Origin: Lytechinus pictus
Taxonomy: Eukaryota
Length of the DNA stretch: 64,000 bases
Direction: 5' to 3'
NCBI RefSeq assembly: GCF_037042905.1
Contig: NC_087255.1
Coordinates: 19,282,001 to 19,346,000, forward strand
Below, one piece after another: positions 1-12,960 of the stretch; the first letter of the stretch is position 1; the number at the start of each line of letters is the position of its first letter. The notes beneath the pieces are model-generated. The model was not told the DNA's origin. It ran no database searches and saw only the letters and a program-made list of their open reading frames with translations. A program made the position numbers and the translations under genes.

Positions 1-1384
1 TTTCTGTTTTCACAATTCATTTGGAGAAATATTTAGACCATAAATCACGCTAGTCCCGTGAGTATGGTCAAATACACGGTAAGCCCCTGGGCTCCCGCCC
101 GCGAGAGCTCCCACTCCTAGTACCAATGAGGTCCAAACATTAACATGTATGGACCTCATAGGCGACAATGCGTTAAAAACAGGTTAGAACTTCTAAACGT
201 ACTATTTCCTGCACCCAAGTATGATATTACTCCCAAAATATGAGTTTTGTCCTCGTTTGTTTATCATTTATTAAAAGATTGCCCATTAAATATATTCCTA
301 TTCCTAATTTGAATTTAATAAAATAAAGGGAAACTTACATTTGAGTCATTTTTCGATCTTTTTTTGGCAGTCAGTCCGGTCACCGTCGAGTGCGATCAAA
401 GCGGTATGAAGCTGATTTTCAGATCACGTGATACGTGTGGTCATCACCTGATCAATCGACTATCCTTTTTTAAAGACCGCAACAATTATAAATTTTATTA
501 TAAAATATATATAGAATGAATAATTGCATGATATTATATATATTTCTACAATTAAAAATATTTTGTGATATGAATTTAATATTTGACGTAAAAATCGCTA
601 TTTAACAAAATATTTATTAAAAATAAAAAATCAAACAAAATAAAAACGCCTTGGACACAGTGCAAAAAACCTAACAATTTGGCCGCGTTCTTAACAACTA
701 TCGTAAGGGGCGCTCTATTTATAAATAAAGTTGCATATGTAGCTGTCTACCGCGACAGGAACAGCCGCAGAATTGAAGCCAGAAGCGTGGGAAATTGCCA
801 GAAAATTCAAGAAAAGAACCGGTGAGTACCGATTTAACAGTACTAATTTATTAAGTAACATTTATTGAATCATTACAAGATTTATTTTTTAGTAAAACAA
901 AGCTTAGTTCTAAGCTAGGGCGGCCCAAATGCGCGTGAGTGGAGTCCCAGTTTATTAGCACGGGTAAGTATTGGGGTGTCGCCTAGACTAGAGTGAGAGC
1001 TCCCTGGGTTAAGTTACTATATAGGCCTAGGCCAACTCAACTGCCCACACATAGGCCTACGCAAAAACCGATACACGGGACCGAAGTAAATGTACCTAGA
1101 CCATTCATTCATACCACTTGCAATTCAGATTCAAAACGAGTCAAAATTTCATTCATATGACATATGACATGTATCAACAATTCTCATAAAACAAATTACA
1201 TATAAAACTGTTTCCACAAACCACCAAAGGTGAAAATGAGAAGTAAGACCAAATCAGAGGAAGACGGTAGTCGCCACACGGCATACAGCTAAAAATCAAA
1301 CGCCCTCTATTAGGCGCCTTGAAAGAGAGGAGGAAAGACAAAAGTGGAGTAAGCAAATAGTAATTATGATAATATGAAGGGGGT

Positions 1385-1600
1385 GATGGCGAGGGCAATG
1401 TTGTTGTTGTTGCCGGTGTTGTTGTTGATGATGATGATGATGATGACGATGAAGATGATGAAGAGGAGGAGGAGGATGATGATGAGGATGATGATGATGA
1501 TGAGGAGGATGAGGAGGATTGTGATAGTGATGGTGATGATGATGAGGAGGAGGAGGATGATTGCGATAGTGATGGTGATGATGGTGATGATGATGATGAT
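1385..1600. repeat. Compound (GTT)/(GAT)/(GAG) microsatellite
   Basis: Directly visible trinucleotide runs. Confidence 0.95.
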
Positions 1601-2955
1601 TGTGCATGGTAACGATGACTTAATGGAAATGTTGGTTTAATAATGTAACATTGTCGGAAGGAGGAAAATTACCTGTGACGGAATGAAAGACACATGATAG
1701 TGTATAATCAACATTACGTGGAATTTTTTGACATATGGGATCCATCAATGAACTTTACGTGACATTGTCGTATATTACTAGTATTATATCAAACATTCAC
1801 ATAGTAATGTTATATTGCATTGTGATTTATCATCCTGTTTGTTATTTATGGTTATGTTATATACATTTTGGCTCACTCGATGGGTTGCAGGGCCTGGTTC
1901 GTATGATATGCTATGATGAACATGATAATTATACCACATAAATGAATAAATAAATAAATGCAATCGATGAATCATCTATTTTGAATCTCGACAAGATTAC
2001 TTATTTCACTCTTAAAAATGTTTGGCAACATACTGTCCACACAAAAATTGGTTAAAACTTTTAACCAATTCTGGGTAGTTTTAAACCAATAATGTGTGCT
2101 TTAACATACCTTGTTGTGGGCGTAAAGTTTTACCTACAAAACTTGTTTGCCCCTCTCCTCCTTCAATTTTTTTCAAATCAATACAGTGGAAGATAAACTG
2201 GTACTGGTTATATGGCGATGTGTGGTTTCAGCAGATAAAGGTATTAATGAGAGCATGTGCAAGTAAACGATTGATCAGGGTTAAACTTTTCCTTTTGAGC
2301 TCCCAAGTTTTCTCTAGATTTGACTTGAAAGAGTTTATGGAAGTGCTCTTCACTACTTGATTTGGCATTTTATTCCACTTAGATACTCTCGATGTGAGAA
2401 TGAATTCTGCCTTCTTCGAGTATTTGCTCTGGGTTTCTCTATTTTATAAAATTATATGTCCTCTGGTTTTCATGGAGTCTTCATTGAGTTTGAAGAATTT
2501 TAAAGTCTCAAGATCATCAGTCCCTTGAATTATTCGGATGTTCGCGGATGTTGCAAAAACAGTCGTCACCTCGTAACCCTTTTCATTAATGATAAAATGT
2601 CAATATTGAAACTATTTTTAAAAGACACGAACGTCGTAACATTACAACTGGTGCTATCTTTTATTTACTCCATTATATTTTCCAGGCTTAATTCTAAAAA
2701 TAGGTTCGCCAACAAAGTAGTTCTAAAATAGACACGTATATCAATATAAAAAATCTAAATCATTAGCATTACTAAACGAACTCTGACACAAATAGATTAA
2801 ATGATTAAGTCATTGATGTGCTTCATGTAAGGTAGTCTATGCAGCACTGAATTATGCGAATGATACAAATAAAATCGTTTGAACAAGCTTTGCGTTTGTA
2901 AATCTTTTAAATGGGAAATTCAGCGTGACGAAGAGTTTATTGTAAACATAGCAGA

Positions 2956-3029
2956 AATAATAATAATTAATAATAACAATAATAATAATGATACTAATGA
3001 TAATAATAATAATAATAATAATAATAATA
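2956..3029. repeat. (AAT)n microsatellite
   Basis: Directly visible. Similar tracts lie at 26500-26700, 27178-27260, 28855-29000 and 39135-39200. Confidence 0.95.
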
Positions 3030-4582
3030 GCAAAACACAAGGGTGTAGGTTTGAGGAAAATCCATCAAAGTTTATGAACGGTATTAGAACTTTAATATTT
3101 TGATTGCGACTTCATATGCGAGCAGCTTCCTCATTATAGTAAAAAAAAAATCAATGGAAAGTCATTTCATAAAAAAAGGTCTTTATTGTAACTTAAAATC
3201 ATTTTACACCTGCTCGAGAAAGAAACAAATCTTTTACATAGTCATCATGAACCATTTAAAAAAAGGAAAATTCATACATTTTATATTACATAACACATGG
3301 AGAAGCTGCTCGTTTACGTCACAAATAAAAAAAAGTCAATTCTAGTAAATTTCTTAATCTTTGACGGATTTTTCTCAAATCTTCAACAATAAATCTTATA
3401 AGTTTTTGTGGTATAAAAAGACAAACTCTTTCGTCAGAATAAACTTCCCCTTTAGTTGTTTTACTAAAAAGAATATTGGGAATTTAGGCTAACACAATCT
3501 TATCTTCCCACGGAAGGCGTGGGTAGAAATTTGTCATAAGTTTCTTATTTACACCCGAATTCAATGAAATTTTCAGTTTTATGCTTCTTTGATTTTTCTC
3601 TTTTTATTCAAATCAACTTATCCGGCTCCTGTCCCCTTTTAAGAGCCATAATATTTTTTTTAATGTGAATATGCCATTTTACCCAAGTATGCCCCCCCCC
3701 CCTTTTGCGGACGAAATGACCTTAAATTTTAGTTGAAACCTTTTTTTTTTGCTTGTCAAATTTTCATCGCGAAAATGTGCCACCCCACTTTTGGAAAATT
3801 TTGGATCCCCCTGCCTACAAGACTATAGGACGGGGCAAATTCACGTTTCAGCATTACCTCCCCCCCCAAACTCAACGGAGATGGCCCCAGCGTCACCCCT
3901 CCTCCTTTTTTATAATCACTGAGTATAGGGGCGGGGGGGGGGGGGGCTTGGGGCGTGTCCCAACAAAGTTGCACGACCAAGATATAAAAGGATAAAAAAA
4001 TAAAGAAAAGGAAAGGGAAACGGTGAAATATTATATCATTTTTTGAAAATATATATTTTTGTTTAAATCTACCGCAATTTTTTTTTCTTTTATTTCATTT
4101 TCACTCGCTTCAGTCGCTCACAGCCTTTTAGAAAACCATGGCAGACCGCCTCGTTTTTTTGCTCATGACGTCACTCTTCATAACGGTAGCTGTACCATTT
4201 TATCTTACACATACATGCACAGCTACTTTTGTAATAAGTGTCATGTAAAAAAACAGAAGAAGAAACAATGGCAAATGGTTTTCAGTATGTCATCGTGTCT
4301 AGTGTCATAATCACAATGTTCGGATGACATTTACAATGGCTGGCAAAATTTGATGGTTTCCTGAAATTAATATCTCGTACGCGTCTAGACAGTTTACAGA
4401 CCACCTTGTAAGCAAATTCATCTAATAACAGCAGGTCTAATGTGAAACTTCCTGGTCATAGTGATATCCTATTTTCCTGACCATTTTCAAGACTTTTTTG
4501 TCACCAAACTTGTTCATCAAATCTAGGCATGACGTCATATTCATAATAACCAAGCATTGACTTGCCTCGTTATATGGTGAGC

Positions 4583-5763
4583 ATTTGAATAAATAGAGAA
4601 AAATAAAACTAGCATAACGCTGAAAATGTCATCAAAATCGAACATAAAATAAGAAAGTTATGACATTTTAAAGTTTCGCTTATTTTTACAAAACAGTGGT
4701 ATGCACAACTCAGGGACATGCAAATGAGACAGTCGATGACGTCCATCACTCACTATTTCTTTTTTTTATTGTTTGAATTGTACAATATTTCATTTTTCAC
4801 AGATTTGACAATAAGGACCAACTTGACTGAACCATGTAGTATTAAACAATTAAACTACACATGTTCAGGGAGGAATTAATCATTGTTTCACTTGATAATG
4901 AAGAGAAAATTTGAATATTTCATATTTCACATAATAAAGTACAAAGGAAATAGTGAGAGGGTGACGTCATTGGTCTCCTCATTTGCATACTGACCAGGAT
5001 GTGAATAGAACTGTTTTGTGAAATTAAAGGTCAAGTCCACCCCAGGAAAATGCTGACTTGAATAAATAGAGAAAAATCAAACTAGCATAGTGCTGAAAAT
5101 CTCATCAAAATCGGATGTAAAATAAGAAAGTTATGACATTTTAAAGTTTCACTTATTTTTCACAAAACAGTGATATGCACAACTAGGTGACTCAGTCGAT
5201 GATGTCCATCAATCACTATTTCTTTTGTTTTTATTGTTTGAATTATACAATATTTCATTTTTCACATATTTGACAATAAGGACCAACTTGACTGAACCAT
5301 AGAGCATTAAAACAATGCTAATTCCACATGTTCAGGGAGGAATTAATCTTTGTATCACTTGACAATGAGGAGAAAATTAGAATATTTCATATTTCATATC
5401 ATAAGATACAAAAGAAATAGTGAGTGGATGACGTCATAGTCTCCTCATTTGCATACCAGCCAGGATGTGCATATAACTGTTTTGTGAAATTAAGCGAAAC
5501 TTTAAAATGTCATAACTTTCTTTTTTTACATCCGATTTTGATGAAATTTTCAGTGTTATGCTAGTTGGATTTTTCTCTTTTTATTCAAATCAACTTTTTG
5601 TTGGGGTGGACTTGTCTTTTAACATGACTGCCCTTTAAGCGAAACTTTAGAATGTCATAACTTTCTTATTTTACATCCGAGTTCAATGAAATTTTCAGTG
5701 CTATGCTTTTTGGATTTTTCTCTTTTTATTCAAATCAACTTTTCATTGGTGTGGACTTGTCCT
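4583..5763. mobile_element. Family A MITE, outer copy (left end missing), interrupted at an internal TTAA
   Basis: Family A sequence runs 4583-5027, resumes at TTAAGCGAAACT (5635) and ends GTGGACTTGTCCT|TTAA at 5763. Confidence 0.8.
5028..5618. mobile_element. Kolobok/T2-like MITE family A (about 590 bp), nested in an older copy of the same family
   Basis: TTAA|AGGTCAAGTCCACCCC ... GGGGTGGACTTGTCTT|TTAA, with long imperfect inverted arms. Near-identical to the copies at 13730 and 50092. Confidence 0.9.
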
Positions 5764-6471
5764 TTAACATGACTGACATAATCATATACCATCTGACCAT
5801 AGCCAATTTTCAACTTCTTCCTTTTTTCCTCCCACTCCTCTTCCCTTTCTTCTTCTTCTGTTTCTCCTCCTTCTTCTTCTTCCTCTACTACTCTTCTCCT
5901 TTTTTTCTTTGCCAAAGAAAGTGAAGAAAGGGCAAGTTATGCAACCGGTATGCAACCAAAGAGAGGCGTAGAGCCGGCCAAAAATATAACACTTGTCATG
6001 CCAGAACAAAAACATGATATCATACGTGTTTTAAAGTAAATCTGCTCACGTGTCAAACTTTTTTTCTTCATTTCTTGGCAGAGGTAATGCGTGGGCAGGC
6101 GAGCAGGCGGCGGAGCTCCGGGAGCCAACACCTATATACATAAGCTTGCGGCAAGACACGACACCGGCTGTGGGCAGGTCGAGGGCAAAGACACCCAAAT
6201 AATGCGTCTCCTGTTTGCGGCGGGGTAAACATTAATGTAAAGATATCGGAACAGGCAACATTAAAGGGGCGCTCCAATCTGAAAATAATGCGACTTGAAC
6301 CATGGGTAGTAGGTCCATGCCTGAACAGATGAAGTAAAATTAAACAAAAAATACACTGAATTAGAAATAAAATAAAAATCGGACATGAAATAACCAAGTT
6401 CTGGTATTTTAAAATTTTGTTTTATTTCGGTGAAACGTTTCTTTGTCTTCATGAATATGCAATGAGCAAGC

Positions 6472-7553
6472 CAGTGGCGTACGGTGGGTCACGGTATTGT
6501 GGGGCACCAGCTAAAAATTTTAGTCACTTATTGAGCGCGCGAAGCGCGCTCAGTTGCCAAGTATACTGACCTAATAGAGGCATTTTAAGGACAGTGCCAT
6601 TAAACGGATATGTATCTCACTGATTAAATAATCGAGCGCGAAGCGCGAGCTGAAAATGTTTGGTATTCAGACCTAAAAAGGGAAATTATATGCAAATTTT
6701 TGTAATCATGATACATACCTTTCTCGCTAATCAAACAATGCGAGCACGAAGCGCGAGCTGAATTTTTTTGTTGTATATACTGACCCCAAACATGGACATT
6801 TTAAGGACTGTATTTTAGGAATCCATTAAGAGTATACATATCTCACCATAGTCATCTCATGCGAGTGCCAAGCGCTTGCTGATTTTGTTAGAATTGTATA
6901 CATCTAAACACATGAAGCACTAAATTTGTAGTCTATGTAATCATGATGAACATACGCATCTCACTAATCAAATATTGCGAGCGCGAAGCACGAGCTGAAA
7001 ATTTAGGAAATTCAGACCTCTAGAGGGGCATTCTAAGGCTTGTTTGTAGGAATTCACTAAGATCATACGTATTTCTCTAATCCACTAATGCGAACGTAAG
7101 CACGGACAGGCAATATTTCATATTAAGACCTTAAAATGGGGCAATCACGTTAAGTAGTCATGAAAAAGAAGCATTATGTCACTACATAAAGCAATAATAG
7201 CATGAAGTGCGAGGAAATATATTTGGTGTATATTGACTTAAAAAACGGGAGGTTTTAGTACAACAGGATTATATATCTCGTTATACAAACAATGCGAGCA
7301 CCAGTAACAATAAAGACATAGGCCCTGAGCAAATTATGTTTCATAAAGTTATGAAAAAAATGTTTCTTATGTAACATAACATAACATAATTATAACATAA
7401 TATGATATAACATTATAATGAACAATGATTTATTCTTTCCCACTGCGTTTCTTTTCCTTTCTCCCTCTTTTTCTCCTTTTCCCCGTTTTTGTTTTTTGTT
7501 TTTGCCAGCGGATTGGGGGGGGGGGGACGTGCCCCCCCGTAGTTACGCCACTG
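6472..7553. mobile_element. hAT-like non-autonomous element (about 1.08 kb)
   Basis: TIRs CAGTGGCGTA...TACGCCACTG, with perfect 8-bp TSD GAGCAAGC (6464-6471 and 7554-7561). Confidence 0.9.
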
Positions 7554-7730
7554 GAGCAAGCTGATACTGTAATTTATATCCACACTAATTATTTTGTATT
7601 TTATTAAAAAAAAGTTTTATTTATTCATAATTTGTCCACTAAGAATGACCCAAAAATGGATTCACAACAAGCTTGATAATAAGATCATCATTGCTGCAAC
7701 TTATATTTTGCAAGAGACAAATGATATTGT

Positions 7731-8015
7731 GGGGGCGTCGTGGTCTAGTGGTTATGACTTTCATCTTTCAATCTGATGGACGTGGGTTCGATTTGAATAC
7801 CCAGCCATAGCGTGTTTTTCTTCAGCAAAGAAATGTCACCCATAATGTGCTGCACACAACCCAGGTGAGGTGAATTGGTATCTGGTTGGAAGAAAGTCCT
7901 TAAATGTCAGAGCGTCTGTAAGGAGTGGAGGCAGCACGGCTATAGCTGGGGTAATAATAGCAGCGCTTTGTATATCCTCAGGAAAAAAGCGCTTTGAAAA
8001 CCCATTATTATTTAT
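7731..8015 (+). mobile_element. tRNA-derived SINE, family 1
   Basis: A box TGGTCTAGTGG and B-box-like GGTTCGA, with a body colinear with 54026-54275 and an (ATT)-rich tail. Confidence 0.8.
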
Positions 8016-8884
8016 TAATATTAATTATTTTCAGTCCGGAGTACCCCCTTAAACATGTCATGTCGAAGATGATGGGTGGGATAGTAATGGAGAAATGGTC
8101 TTGTTTATGGAGGTAGCTGATGGGAAGGGGCGGACCCCTTCATGATTTGTCTCTTCAAAGCTCATCGTGGTCTGTTTCTTTAGGTCAAGGGCGGCTCTAC
8201 TCTCTCAAGTAGTAAACTCAAATGCGGTAAAAAGAAGAGAAGGACAAGAAAAGGGAAGAAAGGTGAAAGAAAAATATCAACAAGACAGTTTTTAGTCATG
8301 AACTTTATATTGATTACCCCTTCTATTTAATAATAATAATAACAATAATAGTAAAAAATTATGTAATTTTTAGGTCGGCGTGCCCCCAATAAAAATACCC
8401 AGTCGCCGTCCATTTTTTTAAATAGTTTATTTCGAAGTGTATGTTGAAACAATCGGAAAGTATGCAGACAATCATGTTGAATGCCATCGGTTTTACATTT
8501 CATTGACAGATTTATTTTAATCATGATAATGTTGCGAAGTGACGTATATATTTACCCCATTGGTAATATTGTATGGGGGTGCTTCGTTTGTTATTCACCA
8601 TGGACAGCATCCCCTAGAAATCAGGTTGATATGTTAAAATGTAGACAATTTACCAAAATTACCTTTATCTCGGAGCGAATTTTTTTTTGTTGCTTGTCAT
8701 TTTTTTCTCAAAACCAGCACTCCCACTTCAAAAATAATTCCCAGGCCCCTGTTATATTGTATTGTATTTCAATATATTTTACCACGGAGAACGTCCCACC
8801 CCCCCCCCCCTTCCCCACAGTCTCTCGTAAAGTGGTAATTAGACAGATTATCATCATATTCGAATTTGAGAGAATGCAGTGAAA

Positions 8885-9572
8885 CTAAAACCCCTAAAAA
8901 AAGTTAGGAAATCTGAGTTTGGCCATTAATTTCTCCCCAACTCCCAATTTTACACAATGCCTATTTTATATAATTCCAAAGATCATTTAATTCTTTTTAA
9001 AATGATACCATGCTTGTAATGATCATGCCATCATGAAAAGAGCAGGATTCAAACGTGTTGGATGAGGTCTGAATTCAAAAGCTGCAAAACGAGCAGAAAT
9101 ACTCATGAAGGGTCAATACAGAACATGATCCACTCAAATCAAGCCCCTGCTTCTTCATTTTTGATGTTTTGTAGTGATGGTTCTGTGAGATAACATGGTT
9201 TGAGTCGTGGTTTGAAATACCCATGCATGTTTCTTATGTGTTTGCTTGTGCAGAGGGGTGTTTGCTTCCATGTTAATGTTGATTTAAAAGTGCATGAAAA
9301 CAAAAGAACCCGCTGAGAAACTCTCATCACCACGGAAAAAAAGAACAGTGACTTTCAATATTGTGTCATTTTGCAACTTTTGAATCTTGACCTTGCCCCA
9401 CATTTCAAGGCACTGCACCTCCATGTGAACCATAATCAGATCATGCAGGATATCATTTTAAAGAAAATTAAACGATCTACTCAATGATATCAATTAAACA
9501 TTAATATCCACTCACACCGAGGAGGGATCATCGATCAAAATCAGATTTCCAAACGTTTTTTTGAGGAGTTTA
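8885..9572. mobile_element. Degenerate long-TIR DNA element
   Basis: Left arm AAACCCCTAAAAAAAGTTAGGAAATCTGAGTTTG matches the reverse complement of 9536-9572. Inner arms at about 8981-9010 and 9450-9478 also pair. Confidence 0.55.
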
Positions 9573-10778
9573 TTCAGAAGAAAACGCAGAAACCCCATAG
9601 AAGTAAAAAAAGAAAAAAAAAAAAAGAACATCAAAGACGGGCGAGTATATCAGAGTAAATACATTAAGCTGTTTTGCCACTTCGCAACCGAGCGATTTAT
9701 CACTTGTCATGCCGATGACATGGTTGACATATTCTTAACTTTACTGCTAGTCTCGAAAGCCAAACCATTAGAACATGGGACAAAAGGTGCTCTAAGGTCT
9801 CGAAGTGTAGGCATCCTCGCTGCTCATCATTTATGAAACTTACATTATACAATGATATATTTTCATAACTGGCATACAAGCCCCCCATCCCCCCCCAAAA
9901 AAAAGGAAAGGGTGAAATGTTATATTATTTAAAAATCTCTCCAAAATATATTTTGTATTAAAAAGGTCAACATTTTTTGCTCACTCTCATCGCTGGTTCG
10001 CATTTTTTTAAACTCTCGCTCTATCCGCCCTATCTAGGCCCCTCAAATTCTTTGGCTTATTAGTAAAAATATTACGCCAAAGGTTTTCACGAGTCTCCAG
10101 ACTCGCTGCTCATGATTTATGAAACTGTTGGATTGACAAGTCTGTCATAGTCATACAATCACTTTTTGCGAGTTGGAAAAAAAAATGCCCGGACGGAAGG
10201 GATGGTGGCTGGTTCCACCTGGGTACCCCTTTGTCTGTCGTTGCAGAATGGATGAGATATCAATCTTGTTTCATATCCAGGCCAGAATTAATAAAGATGT
10301 GTATGGGGGACAACTCGCATGGCGGGGGGGGGGGGGGGGGGCAAGTATAGCAATCATTAATTTGTGTCTAACAAAGGGCAGGGCAATGGAACTTCTGTAA
10401 CATTACCCCATGCGAATTTGAATATGTTCCTCCTATCTTAGAGTGATTCAATAGTTAATCATCAACAATTTCAATTAAAATGCAAACTAAAATTCAAATA
10501 CATAACTCATTTAGTTCATTGATCAGACCCTCACAATTCAAGATGACAAAAAAGTACATAATATCAAGCAATAATAAAACTGACGACTATATAAATGTTT
10601 ATTCAACATGATTGTTATATTTGTCATGTTTGTTGCGGCCCGGGTTGTGTTGAATGTAGAGATTGGGCGGGGTTTAGTATTTTCCATTCTCTCTGTGATC
10701 GCTCCATGCTAACTCGTTGAAATACTTGAATATGAATTCATGTCGACAGTTACAAAATATGATTTGTGAGGCTCGAGA

Positions 10779-11021
10779 GAGGGCCCTGGGAACGTTTTTT
10801 TTTTAAACAGGGGGTGTTGGTTTAAATTTGACAAGCAAAGAAAGAAAGAAAAAAGTTTTCCTTAAAAAAAAACGAAGGTATGTTTTATTCAATTTCTGCT
10901 ATTTCGAATACCTACCATATTTCCAGGGAGTGCTGCCTATGGTGAATGATACACGCAGCACCCCCAGCTAAATCTTAGGGGTGCTTCGGCATCCCCAGCA
11001 CCCCCGCTTCCCAGGGCGATG
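10779..11021. mobile_element. Short hAT-like MITE just upstream of ligand A
   Basis: Ends GAGGGCCCTGGGAA ... TTCCCAGGGCGATG, with perfect 8-bp TSD GCTCGAGA (10771-10778 and 11022-11029). A relative lies at 59910-60194. Confidence 0.8.
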
Positions 11022-11353
11022 GCTCGAGAAAGGGTTTAAAGTGGATAGTAGGACCTCTTGTCGATTATGAGTATGAGTGGAAAGACTAAACTGACAGCTT
11101 GCGTTGACGAGGCCCTGTGATTGGTTGAACAATCATTTTATTGACCAGCTGATCGTGTTTGCTCACTATGTACCTGTGCAGTGCGTCGAGCTCGCCCCTC
11201 GTCAGCTGAAAAACAACTCGACACCGCTCACTCTGCTTCCTCACTGTAGAGTCCCAGCCCATTGACCGAGGAGCACATCCACACCTGCGTTTCATGTCCC
11301 GGGTCATCTTGGTGATATCGCCCCGAATAATATTTGTCGAGGAGTCTGACAAC

Positions 11354-12365
11354 ATGACAAACCTGTCGGGTCTGTATTTTCTGCAAGGGAACGCTGTCCT
11401 GCTTGCCTTTGCGATGCTGGTGTGGTGCTGTCCCACCACGCAGGTAACGCTGCATCGGGACCGCAGGGTTGTGGCGGTAGACGACCCCCTGGTTGACGGC
11501 GTCCGATCTGATGGCCACTCGAGCTCGTTGCTGGTCTCTGGAGTTGGAACTTCAGTCATGCCGTCGTCAGTCGTTGTCGACACTCACCGGCAGGTATACA
11601 ACAGGGAGTCGGTGTCGGGTGGGACACGGTCGTCGGGGAATGACGTCCCCAGTGGAGTGCACAATTCCATGCATCTTGACTCCACGAAATTCCCGTCGGT
11701 GAGACCTTCCACAAGAGAAATCATTGAGAAACAGTGGGGAGGTGGGTCTAGAGAAAGTACAGGAAGGGGGCAATCGCCATCGGGACACACGCGGACAGGA
11801 GCATTACATAAATCAGGAGGAGCCGCCGCCGCCGCTGGAAGCACCGGCAAAGGTGTCAGGAAGGGTACCCAAGAGTCGTCAGATCTACCTCCAGAGGCCG
11901 ATGGAGGAGGGGGTAGAGGAATGGATGTAATTGGAGCAATACCAGGAGAAGGGAATAATGAACCATCGGAAAGAATCATAGACGACTCGCCGATAGCAGG
12001 AGGGGGAATCGACGTCGACGGAGCTGTGAAATACGACGTCCCGAAGCAGACGACGTGTGAGAAATGTAAGAAACAGCGCGACGAAGAGCTCCTGGAGCAG
12101 TACGATCCCAACGCCCTGATGCAGCTTCGGATAGAAACCATCAAACGCCGCATCCTTGACAAACTCCGGATGGAACGCCCCCCTCAAGTCAACATGAGTT
12201 CAATCAACGTCCCAGCGCCTCTGTCAGAGGGTGCTTTCATAGCTGGAGGCGAGGAGGAAGTTCGGCATCATGTCCATCAAGTTCCCAGTGATGCAGAGGA
12301 AGATTATGATACATCGGAGGATTATTATGGAAAGACAACCAGGGTTATCATAACGGCCAAAGCAG
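11354..12365 (+). CDS. TGF-beta superfamily ligand A (activin/inhibin-beta/myostatin/Dawdle-like), coding exon 1: signal peptide and N-terminal prodomain
   Basis: ATG at 11354 (aacATGa) is followed by a hydrophobic signal peptide (LYFLQGNAVLLAFAMLVWCC). An in-frame ATG at 11294 is an alternative start. Prodomain motifs: CEKC...LRIETIKRRILDKLRMERPPQV and EDYYGKTTRVII. The exon ends at donor GCAG|GTGAGT (intron starts 12366, phase 1). Confidence 0.92.
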
Positions 12366-12800
12366 GTGAGTTTATCACAAATTTCAACCATCCGAATATT
12401 GATTTCAATCATTTGATCAGATTGTCCTTATCCAGGGCAGTCAATGCTGTTCCCCTCCTGAGCCTTGCTGTGTTTAATACACTATCATTGAAGCAATTCT
12501 TTACAATTATACATGTCATGATTTGTGTTGAATTGAAAATTAAAACACAAATCTATTAGGTTATAATCTCTATTCCTAGACATTAGAAAGGTCCCAGAAT
12601 TTGAACCAAATTTAATCGGATCTGAGCTCTCAGTGGATGTCTTTGCAATATTAGGCTGTTAGTTTGAGGATCGTTTGAGTTATTTTCATGTCAGGTAAAA
12701 AAAATGTCTCATTCAAATTGACAAATCTCTTTTAATTGTAAAAAGCAAACAATGCACATTATTGCGCGACTGCATTTATGGTGCCATATAGATGATGTGA

Positions 12801-12960
12801 ATCATCACCATTATCACCACCACCATCGTCATCATCACCGTCATCGTCATCATTACCATCACAGTCTCCACCTAATCCCCCTTTCCTCTTCCCATCCCCG
12901 CTCATCACGTCCCCTCCTCCTCATCATTCATTATCATCATCATCAACATCATCATCATCT
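12801..12960. repeat. (CAT/CAC)n microsatellite
   Basis: Directly visible. Confidence 0.9.

Larger units (their letters stand above)
6265..8048. mobile_element. Older TTAA-flanked Kolobok-like element hosting a hAT-like element and a SINE
   Basis: TTAA|AGGGGCGCTCCAATCTGAAAATAAT ... ATTATTTTCAGTCCGGAGTACCCCC|TTAA (imperfect TIRs). Confidence 0.65.

Noticed and set aside
1-1100. CpG-richer segments with a small hairpin (GAGGTCCA...TGGACCTC) and donor-like GGTGAGTA/GGTAAGTA motifs
   Set aside because: They could be a transposon end or a non-coding exon, but no ORF, paired terminus or second copy in the window supports a call.
1296-1640. His-rich and Met-rich ORFs (also 12752-13114, 26446-26822, 28786-29038)
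   Set aside because: They are translations of trinucleotide microsatellites, with no splice or domain support.
6530-7110. Regularly spaced palindromic repeats resembling a CRISPR array
   Set aside because: The context is eukaryotic, the repeats are degenerate, the spacers are about 100 bp and related to each other, there are no cas genes, and the array lies inside a TSD-flanked transposon present twice.
11086-12187. Antisense ORFs of 165, 192 and 100 aa over ligand A exon 1
   Set aside because: Shadow frames of a GC-richer coding exon, with no recognisable motifs.
12366-12559. C-terminal part of the 421-aa ORF
   Set aside because: Read-through past a consensus donor into the intron. The same applies to 54472-54530 and 31064-31106.
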